From Leptogorgia sarmentosa (Eukaryota): a stretch of DNA of 64,000 nucleotides. The translations under genes and the position numbers were made by a program. The notes beneath the pieces are model-generated. The model worked only from the letters and a program-made list of their open reading frames with translations. It was not told the DNA's origin and made no database searches. Positions 1 to 11,161 of this stretch are shown one piece after another. The stretch spans positions 14,322,001 to 14,386,000 of the forward strand of contig OZ210885.1 of NCBI GenBank assembly GCA_964658305.1, read 5' to 3'. Numbering within the stretch: position 1 is the first letter of the stretch; each line of letters opens with the position of its first letter.

Positions 1-115
1 AGAGAAGTTGGTTTAAATAAAGCAACATTTCACCACATTTAACCAACCTTGATAAATTAAATGCCACATCGTCAATGACTAAAAAAAACAAGGTTGCTTT
101 TTTATGAAAGCTGTT

Positions 116-230
116 AGAGAAGTTGGTTAAATTATAGCAAAATTTCACCACATTTATCAAACCTTGATAAATTAAACGCCACATCATCAATGACTCAAAA
201 AAACAAGGTTGCTTTTTTATGAAAGCTGTT
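116..230 (+). repeat. Representative short (115-bp) monomer
   Basis: Same as the long monomer but with gcttttttatgaa in place of gcttcttcatatatcactgttatgaa, which is 13 bp shorter. Confidence 0.97.
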
Positions 231-358
231 AGAGAAGTTGGTTAAATTATAGCAAAATTTCACCACATTTAACCAACCTTGATAAATTAAATGCCACATT
301 GTCAATGACTCAAAAAAACAAGGTTGCTTCTTCATATATCACTGTTATGAAGGGTGTT
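231..358 (+). repeat. Representative long (128-bp) monomer
   Basis: Runs from agagaagttgg at 231 to the next unit start at 359 and contains gcttcttcatatatcactgttatgaag. G+C counted as 40/128 (31%). Confidence 0.97.
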
Positions 359-944
359 GGAGAAGTTGGTTAAATTATAGCAAAATTTCACGACATTTAA
401 CCAACCTTGATAAATTAAATTCCACATGGTCAATGACTCAAAAAAACAAGGTTGCTTCTTCATATATCACTGTTATGAAGGGTGTTAGAGAAGTTGGTTA
501 AAACATACCAAAATTTCACCACATTTAACCAACCTTGATAAATTAAATGCCACATCGTCAATGACTCAAAAAAACAAGGTTGCTTTTTTATGAAAGGTGT
601 TAGAGAAGTTGGTTAAATGATAGCAAAATTTCACCACATTTAACCAACCTTGATAAATTAAATGCCACATCGTCAATGACTAAAAAAAACAAGGTTGCTT
701 TTTTATGAAAGCTGTTAGAGAAGTTGGTTAAATTATAGCAAAATTTCACCACATTTATCAAACCTTGATAAATTAAACGCCACATCATCAATGATTCAAA
801 AAAACAAGGTTGCTTTTTTATGAAAGCTGTTAGAGAAGTTGGTTAAATTATAGCAAAATTTCACCACATTTAACCAACCTTGATAAATTAAATGCCACAT
901 TGTCAATGACTCAAAAAAACAAGGTTGCTTCTTCATATATCACT

Positions 945-1966
945 GTTATGAAGGGTGTTGGAGAAGTTGGTTAAATTATAGCAAAATTTCACGACATTTA
1001 ACCAACCTTGATAAATTAAATGCCACATGGTCAATGACTCAAAAAAACAAGGTTGCTTCTTCATATATCACTGTTATGAAGGGTGTTAGAGAAGTTGGTT
1101 AAAATATACCAAAATTTCACCACATTTAACCAACCTTGATAAATTAAATGCCACATCGTCAATGACTCAAAAAAACAAGGTTGCTTGTTCATATATCACT
1201 GTTATGAAGGGTGTTAGAGAAGTTCGTTAAAATATAGCAACATTTCGCCACATTGAACCAACCTTGATAAATTAAACGCCACGTCGTCAATGGCTCAAAA
1301 AAACAAGGTTGCTTCTTCATATATCACTGTTATGAAGGGTGTTAGAGAAGTTGGTTAAATTATAGCAAAATTTCACCACATTTAACCAACCTTAATAAAT
1401 TAAACGCCACATTGTCAATGACTCAAAAAACAAGGTTGCTTCTTCATATATCACTGTTATGAAGGGTGTTGGAGAAGTTGGTTAAATTATAGCAAAATTT
1501 CACGACATTTAACCAACCTTGATAAATTAAATGCCACATGGTCAATGACTCAAAAAAACAAGGTTGCTTCTTCATATATCACTGTTATGAAGGGTGTTAG
1601 AGAAGTTGGTTAAAATATACCAAAATTTCACCACATTTAACCAACCTTGATAAATTAAATGCCACATCGTCAATGACTCAAAAAAACAAGGTTGCTTGTT
1701 CATATATCACTGTTATGAAGGGTGTTAGAGAAGTTCGTTAAAATATAGCAACATTTCGCCACATTGAACCAACCTTGATAAATTAAACGCCACGTCGTCA
1801 ATGGCTCAAAAAAACAAGGTTGCTTCTTCATATATCACTGTTATGAAGGGTGTTAGAGAAGTTGGTTAAATTATAGCAAAATTTCACCACATTTAACCAA
1901 CCTTAATAAATTAAACGCCACATTGTCAATGACTCAAAAAACAAGGTTGCTTCTTCATATATCACT
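945..1966 (+). repeat. Two tandem copies of a 511-bp 4-monomer higher-order unit
   Basis: The rare variant gaagttcgtt has its C at 1225 and 1736 (offset 511). The same four monomer types recur in order (acgac/atggtc; aatatacc/cttgttc; ttcgtt/acgtcgtcaatggc; cttaat). The doublet recurs near 6.9-7.9, 9.9-10.9, 14.7-15.7, 20.7-21.7 and 23.6-24.6 kb. Confidence 0.93.
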
Positions 1967-4900
1967 GTTATTAATGGTGTTAGAGAAGTTGGTTTAAATA
2001 TAGCAAAATTTCACCACATTTAACCAACCTTGATAAATTAAACGCCACATCATCAATGACACAAAAAACAAGGTTGCTTCTTCATATATCACTGTTATGA
2101 AGGGTGTTAGAGAAGTTGGTTAAATTATAGCAAAATTTCACCACATTTAACCAACCTTAATAAATTAAACGCCACATTGTCAATGACTCAAAAAACAAGG
2201 TTGCTTCTTCATATATCACTGTTATTAATGGTGTTGGAGAAGTTGGTTTAAATATAGCAAAATTTCACCACATTTAACCAACCTTGATAAATTAAACGCC
2301 ACGTCATCAATGACTCAAAAAACAAGGTTGCTTCTTCATATATCACTGTTATTAACGGTGTTAGAGAAGTTGGTTTATAGCAAAATTTCACCACATTTAA
2401 CCAACCTTGATAAATTAAACGCCACATCGTCAATGACTCAAAAAAACAAGGTTGCTTTTTTATGAAAGGTGTTAGAGAAGTTGGTTAAATTATAGCAAAA
2501 TTTCACCACATTTAACCAACCTTGATAAATTAAATGCCACATCGTCAATGACTAAAAAAAACAAGGTTGCTTTTTGATGAAAGGTGTTAGAGAAGTTGGT
2601 TAAATTATAGCAAAATTTCACCACATTTATCAAACCTTGATAAATTAAACGCCACATTGTCAATGACTAAAAAAACAAGGTTGCTTCTTCATATATCACT
2701 GTCATTAACGGTGTTAGAGAAGTTGGTTTATAGCAAAATTTCACCACATTTAACCAACCTTGATAAATTAAACGCCACATCATCAATGACTCAAAAAAAC
2801 AAGGTTGCTTTTTTATGAAGGGTGTTAGAGAATTTGGGTAAATTATAGCAAAATTTCGCCACATTGTCAATGACTCAAAAAACAAGGTTGCTTCTTCATA
2901 TATCACTGTTATTAACAGTGTTAGAGAAGTTGGTTTAAATATAGCAAAATTTCACCACATTTAACCAACCTTGATAAATTAAACGCCACATTGTCAATGA
3001 CTCAAAAAAACAAGGTTGCTTCTTCATATATCACTGTTATGAAGGGTGTTGGAGAAGTTGGTTAAATTATAGCAAAATTTCACCACATTAAACCAACCTT
3101 GATAAATTAAACGCCACATCATCAATGACTCAAAAAAACAAGGTTGCTTTTTTATGAAGGGTGTTAGAGAAGTTGGTTAAATTATAGCAAAATTTCACCA
3201 CATTTAACCAACCTTGATAAATTAAACGCCACACTGTGAATGACTAAAAAAAACAAGGTTGCTTCTTCATATATCACTGTTATGAAGGGTGTTAGAGAAG
3301 TTGGTTTAAATATAGCAAAATTTCACCACATTTAACCACCCTTGATCAATTAAACGCCACATTGTCAATGACTCAAAAAAACAAGGTTGCTTTTTTATGA
3401 AGGGTGTTAGAGAAGTTGGTTAAATTATAGCAAAATTTCACCACATTTAACCAACCTTGATAAATTAAATGCCACATCGTCAATGACTAAAAAAAACAAG
3501 GTTGCTTTTTTATGAAAGGTGTTAGAGAAGTTGGTTAAATTATAGCAAAATTTCACCACATTTATCAAACCTTGATAAATTAAATGCCACATTGTCAATG
3601 ACTCAAAAAACAAGGTTGCTTCTTCATATATCACTGTTATTAACAGTGTTAGAGTAGTTGGTTTATAGCAAAATTTCACCACATTTAACCAACGTTGATA
3701 AATTAAACGCCACATCATCAATGACTCAAAAAAACAAGGTTGCTTTTTTATGAAGGGTGTTAGAGAATTTGGGTAAATTATAGCAAAATTTCACCACATT
3801 TATCCAACCTTGATAAATTAAACGCCACTTTGTCAATGACTCAAAAAACAAGGTTGCTTCTTCATATATCACTGTTATTAACAGTGTTAGAGAAGTTGGT
3901 TTAAATATAGCAAAATTTCACCACATTTAACCAACCTTGATAAATTAAACGCCACATTGTCAATGACTAAAAAAAACAAGGTTGCTTTTTTATGAAGGGT
4001 GTTAGAGAAGTTGGTTAAATTAGAGCAAAATTTCACCACATTTAACCAACCTTGATAAATTAAATGCCACATTGTGAATGACTCAAAAAAACAAGGTTGC
4101 TTCTTCATATATCACTGTTATGAAGGGTGTTAGAGAAGTTGGTTTAAATAAAGCAACATTTCACCACATTTAACCAACCTTGATAAATTAAACGCCACAT
4201 CATCAATGACTAAAAAAAACAAGGTTACTTCTTCATATAACACTGTTATGAAGGGTGTTAGAGAAGTTGGTTAAATTATAGCAAAATTTCACCACATTTA
4301 TCCAACCTTGATAAATTAAACGGCACATTGTCAATGACTCAAAAAACAAGGTTGCTTCTTCATATATCACTGTTATTAACGGTGTTAGACAAGTTGATTT
4401 AAATATAGCAAAATTTCACCACATTTAACCAACCTTGATAAATTAAACGCCACATCATCAATGACTCAAAAAAACAAGGTTGCTTTTTTATGAAGGGTGT
4501 TAGAGAATTTGGGTAAATTATAGCAAAATTTCACCACATTTATCCAACCTTGATAAATTAAAGGCCACATTGTCAATGACTCAAAAAACAAGGTTGCTTC
4601 TTCACATATCACTGTTACTAACGGTGTTAGAGAAGTTGGTTTATAGCAAAATATCACCACAGTTAACCAACCTTAATCAATTAAACGCCATATCATCAAT
4701 GACTAAAAAAAACAAGGTTGCTTCTTCATATAACACTGTTATGAAGGGTGTTAGAGAAGTTGGTTAAATTATAGCAAAATTTCACCACATTTAACCAACC
4801 TTGATAAATTAAACGCCACACTGTGAATGACTAAAAAAAACAAGGTTGCTTCTTCATATATCACTGTTATGAAGGGTGTTAGAGAAGTTGGTTTAAATAT

Positions 4901-5190
4901 AGCAAAATTTCACCACATTTAACCACCCTTGATCAATTAAACGCCACATTGTCAATGACTCAAAAAAACAAGGTTGCTTTTTTATGAAGGGTGTTAGAGA
5001 AGTTGGTTAAATTATAGCATAATTTCACCACATTTAACCAACCTTGATAAATTAAATGCCACATCGTCAATGACTAAAAAAAACAAGGTTGCTTTTTTAT
5101 GAAAGGTGTTAGAGAAGTTGGTTAAATTATAGCAAAATTTCACCACATTTATCAAACCTTGATAAATTAAATGCCACATTGTCAATGACT

Positions 5191-8100
5191 CAAAAAACAA
5201 GGTTGCTTCTTCATATATCACTGTTATTAACAGTGTTAGAGTAGTTGGTTTATAGCAAAATTTCACCACATTTAACCAACCTTGATAAATTAAACGCCAC
5301 ATCATCAATGACTCAAAAAAACAAGGTTGCTTTTTTATGAAGGGTGTTAGAGAATTTGGGTAAATTATAGCAAAATTTCACCACATTTATCCAACCTTGA
5401 TAAATTAAACGCCACTTTGTCAATGACTCAAAAAACAAGGTTGCTTCTTCATATATCACTGTTATTAACAGTGTTAGAGAAGTTGGTTTAAATATAGCAA
5501 AATTTCACCACATTTAACCAACCTTGATAAATTAAACGCCACATTGTCAATGACTCAAAAAAACAAGGTTGCTTTTTTATGAAGGGTGTTAGAGAAGTTG
5601 GTTAAATTATAGCAAAATTTCACCACATTTAACCAACCTTGATAAATTAAATGCCACATTGTGAATGACTCAAAAAAACAAGGTTGCTTCTTCATATATC
5701 ACTGTTATGAAGGGTGTTAGAGAAGTTGGTTTAAATAAAGCAACATTTCACCACATTTAACCAACCTTGATAAATTAAACGCCACATTGTCAATGACTCA
5801 AAAAAACAAGGTTGCGTTTTTATGAAGGGTTTTAGAGAAGTTGGTTAAATTATAGCAAAATTTCACCACATTTAACCAACCTTGATAAATTAAACGCCAC
5901 ATTGTGAATGACTAAAAAAAACAAGGTTGCTTCTTCATATATCACTGTTATGAAGGGTGTTAGAGAAGTTGGTTTAAATAAAGCAACATTTCACCACATT
6001 TAACCAACCTTGATAAATTAAATGCCACATCGTCAATGACTAAAAAAAACAAGGTTGCTTTTTTATGAAAGCTGTTAGAGAAGTTGGTTAAATTATAGCA
6101 AAATTTCACCACATTTATCAAACCTTGATAAATTAAACGCCACATCATCAATGACTCAAAAAAACAAGGTTGCTTTTTTATGAAAGCTGTTAGAGAAGTT
6201 GGTTAAATTATAGCAAAATTTCACCACATTTAACCAACCTTGATAAATTAAATGCCACATTGTCAATGACTCAAAAAAACAAGGTTGCTTCTTCATATAT
6301 CACTGTTATGAAGGGTGTTGGAGAAGTTGGTTAAATTATAGCAAAATTTCACGACATTTAACCAACCTTGATAAATTAAATTCCACATGGTCAATGACTC
6401 AAAAAAACAAGGTTGCTTCTTCATATATCACTGTTATGAAGGGTGTTAGAGAAGTTGGTTAAAACATACCAAAATTTAACCAACCTTGATAAATTAAATG
6501 CCACATCGTCAATGACTAAAAAAAACAAGGTTGCTTTTTTATGAAAGCTGTTAGAGAAGTTGGTTAAATTATAGCAAAATTTCACCACATTTATCAAACC
6601 TTGATAAATTAAACGCCACATCATCAATGACTCAAAAAAACAAGGTTGCTTTTTTATGAAAGCTGTTAGAGAAGTTGGTTAAATTATAGCAAAATTTCAC
6701 CACATTTAACCAACCTTGATAAATTAAATGCCACATTGTCAATGACTCAAAAAAACAAGGTTGCTTCTTCATATATCACTGTTATGAAGGGTGTTGGAGA
6801 AGTTGGTTAAATTATAGCAAAATTTCACGACATTTAACCAACCTTGATAAATTAAATGCCACATGGTCAATGACTCAAAAAAACAAGGTTGCTTCTTCAT
6901 ATATCACTGTTATGAAGGGTGTTAGAGAAGTTGGTTAAAATATACCAAAATTTCACGACATTTAACCAACCTTGATAAATTAAATGCCACATGGTCAATG
7001 ACTCAAAAAAACAAGGTTGCTTCTTCATATATCACTGTTATGAAGGGTGTTAGAGAAGTTGGTTAAAATATACCAAAATTTCACCACATTTAACCAACCT
7101 TGATAAATTAAATGCCACATCGTCAATGACTCAAAAAAACAAGGTTGCTTGTTCATATATCACTGTTATGAAGGGTGTTAGAGAAGTTCGTTAAAATATA
7201 GCAACATTTCGCCACATTGAACCAACCTTGATAAATTAAACGCCACGTCGTCAATGGCTCAAAAAAACAAGGTTGCTTCTTCATATATCACTGTTATGAA
7301 GGGTGTTAGAGAAGTTGGTTAAATTATAGCAAAATTTCACCACATTTAACCAACCTTAATAAATTAAACGCCACATTGTCAATGACTCAAAAAACAAGGT
7401 TGCTTCTTCATATATCACTGTTATGAAGGGTGTTGGAGAAGTTGGTTAAATTATAGCAAAATTTCACGACATTTAACCAACCTTGATAAATTAAATGCCA
7501 CATGGTCAATGACTCAAAAAAACAAGGTTGCTTCTTCATATATCACTGTTATGAAGGGTGTTAGAGAAGTTGGTTAAAATATACCAAAATTTCACCACAT
7601 TTAACCAACCTTGATAAATTAAATGCCACATCGTCAATGACTCAAAAAAACAAGGTTGCTTGTTCATATATCACTGTTATGAAGGGTGTTAGAGAAGTTC
7701 GTTAAAATATAGCAACATTTCGCCACATTGAACCAACCTTGATAAATTAAACGCCACGTCGTCAATGGCTCAAAAAAACAAGGTTGCTTCTTCATATATC
7801 ACTGTTATGAAGGGTGTTAGAGAAGTTGGTTAAATTATAGCAAAATTTCACCACATTTAACCAACCTTAATAAATTAAACGCCACATTGTCAATGACTCA
7901 AAAAACAAGGTTGCTTCTTCATATATCACTGTTATTAATGGTGTTAGAGAAGTTGGTTTAAATATAGCAAAATTTCACCACATTTAACCAACCTTGATAA
8001 ATTAAACGCCACATCATCAATGACACAAAAAACAAGGTTGCTTCTTCATATATCACTGTTATGAAGGGTGTTAGAGAAGTTGGTTTAAATATAGCAAAAT

Positions 8101-11100
8101 TTCACCACATTTAACCAACCTTGATAAATTAAACGCCACATCATCAATGACACAAAAAACAAGGTTGCTTCTTCATATATCACTGTTATTAACAGTGTTA
8201 GAGTAGTTGGTTTATAGCAAAATTTCACCACATTTAACCAACCTTGATAAATTAAACGCCACATCATCAATGACTCAAAAAAACAAGGTTGCTTTTTTAT
8301 GAAGGGTGTTAGAGAATTTGGGTAAATTATAGCAAAATTTCACCACATTTATCCAACCTTGATAAATTAAACGCCACTTTGTCAATGACTCAAAAAACAA
8401 GGTTGCTTCTTCATATATCACTGTTATTAACAGTGTTAGAGAAGTTGGTTTAAATATAGCAAAATTTCACCACATTTAACCAACCTTGATAAATTAAACG
8501 CCACATTGTCAATGACTCAAAAAAACAAGGTTGCTTTTTTATGAAGGGTGTTAGAGAAGTTGGTTAAATTATAGCAAAATTTCACCACATTTAACCAACC
8601 TTGATAAATTAAATGCCACATTGTGAATGACTCAAAAAAACAAGGTTGCTTCTTCATATATCACTGTTATGAAGGGTGTTAGAGAAGTTGGTTTAAATAA
8701 AGCAACATTTCACCACATTTAACCAACCTTGATAAATTAAACGCCACATTGTCAATGACTCAAAAAAACAAGGTTGCGTTTTTATGAAGGGTTTTAGAGA
8801 AGTTGGTTAAATTATAGCAAAATTTCACCACATTTAACCAACCTTGATAAATTAAACGCCACATTGTGAATGACTAAAAAAAACAAGGTTGCTTCTTCAT
8901 ATATCACTGTTATGAAGGGTGTTAGAGAAGTTGGTTTAAATAAAGCAACATTTCACCACATTTAACCAACCTTGATAAATTAAATGCCACATCGTCAATG
9001 ACTAAAAAAAACAAGGTTGCTTTTTTATGAAAGCTGTTAGAGAAGTTGGTTAAATTATAGCAAAATTTCACCACATTTATCAAACCTTGATAAATTAAAC
9101 GCCACATCATCAATGACTCAAAAAAACAAGGTTGCTTTTTTATGAAAGCTGTTAGAGAAGTTGGTTAAATTATAGCAAAATTTCACCACATTTAACCAAC
9201 CTTGATAAATTAAATGCCACATTGTCAATGACTCAAAAAAACAAGGTTGCTTCTTCATATATCACTGTTATGAAGGGTGTTGGAGAAGTTGGTTAAATTA
9301 TAGCAAAATTTCACGACATTTAACCAACCTTGATAAATTAAATTCCACATGGTCAATGACTCAAAAAAACAAGGTTGCTTCTTCATATATCACTGTTATG
9401 AAGGGTGTTAGAGAAGTTGGTTAAAACATACCAAAATTTCACCACATTTAACCAACCTTGATAAATTAAATGCCACATCGTCAATGACTAAAAAAAACAA
9501 GGTTGCTTTTTTATGAAAGCTGTTAGAGAAGTTGGTTAAATTATAGCAAAATTTCACCACATTTATCAAACCTTGATAAATTAAACGCCACATCATCAAT
9601 GACTCAAAAAAACAAGGTTGCTTTTTTATGAAAGCTGTTAGAGAAGTTGGTTAAATTATAGCAAAATTTCACCACATTTAACCAACCTTGATAAATTAAA
9701 TGCCACATTGTCAATGACTCAAAAAAACAAGGTTGCTTCTTCATATATCACTGTTATGAAGGGTGTTGGAGAAGTTGGTTAAATTATAGCAAAATTTCAC
9801 GACATTTAACCAACCTTGATAAATTAAATGCCACATGGTCAATGACTCAAAAAAACAAGGTTGCTTCTTCATATATCACTGTTATGAAGGGTGTTAGAGA
9901 AGTTGGTTAAAATATACCAAAATTTCACGACATTTAACCAACCTTGATAAATTAAATGCCACATGGTCAATGACTCAAAAAAACAAGGTTGCTTCTTCAT
10001 ATATCACTGTTATGAAGGGTGTTAGAGAAGTTGGTTAAAATATACCAAAATTTCACCACATTTAACCAACCTTGATAAATTAAATGCCACATCGTCAATG
10101 ACTCAAAAAAACAAGGTTGCTTGTTCATATATCACTGTTATGAAGGGTGTTAGAGAAGTTCGTTAAAATATAGCAACATTTCGCCACATTGAACCAACCT
10201 TGATAAATTAAACGCCACGTCGTCAATGGCTCAAAAAAACAAGGTTGCTTCTTCATATATCACTGTTATGAAGGGTGTTAGAGAAGTTGGTTAAATTATA
10301 GCAAAATTTCACCACATTTAACCAACCTTAATAAATTAAACGCCACATTGTCAATGACTCAAAAAACAAGGTTGCTTCTTCATATATCACTGTTATGAAG
10401 GGTGTTGGAGAAGTTGGTTAAATTATAGCAAAATTTCACGACATTTAACCAACCTTGATAAATTAAATGCCACATGGTCAATGACTCAAAAAAACAAGGT
10501 TGCTTCTTCATATATCACTGTTATGAAGGGTGTTAGAGAAGTTGGTTAAAATATACCAAAATTTCACCACATTTAACCAACCTTGATAAATTAAATGCCA
10601 CATCGTCAATGACTCAAAAAAACAAGGTTGCTTGTTCATATATCACTGTTATGAAGGGTGTTAGAGAAGTTCGTTAAAATATAGCAACATTTCGCCACAT
10701 TGAACCAACCTTGATAAATTAAACGCCACGTCGTCAATGGCTCAAAAAAACAAGGTTGCTTCTTCATATATCACTGTTATGAAGGGTGTTAGAGAAGTTG
10801 GTTAAATTATAGCAAAATTTCACCACATTTAACCAACCTTAATAAATTAAACGCCACATTGTCAATGACTCAAAAAACAAGGTTGCTTCTTCATATATCA
10901 CTGTTATTAATGGTGTTAGAGAAGTTGGTTTAAATATAGCAAAATTTCACCACATTTAACCAACCTTGATAAATTAAACGCCACATCATCAATGACACAA
11001 AAAACAAGGTTGCTTCTTCATATATCACTGTTATGAAGGGTGTTAGAGAAGTTGGTTTAAATATAGCAAAATTTCACCACATTTAACCAACCTTGATAAA

Positions 11101-11161
11101 TTAAACGCCACATCATCAATGACACAAAAAACAAGGTTGCTTCTTCATATATCACTGTTAT
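5191..11161 (+). repeat. Tandem duplication of a block of about 2.97 kb (copy 1 5191-8152, 2962 bp; copy 2 8153-11124, 2972 bp)
   Basis: ORF offset 5960->8922 = 2962. The shared rare variant gttgcgtttttatgaagggtttt occurs at about 5815 and 8777. The offset becomes 2972 (C7189->C10161) after a 10-bp deletion at 6477 in copy 1. The duplication is repeated at about 18936-24906. Confidence 0.9.

Noticed and set aside
244..318. Phased A/T tracts implying intrinsic DNA curvature
   Set aside because: Tracts at about 244, 254, 267, 284 and 312 are not consistently about 10.5 bp apart, so this cannot be supported without a curvature calculation.
231..358. CENP-B box or telomeric repeat within the monomer
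   Set aside because: I found no match to the NTTCGNNNNANNCGGGN consensus, including in the ttcgtt variant. gggtgttag only loosely resembles TTAGGG-type repeats and is not tandem.
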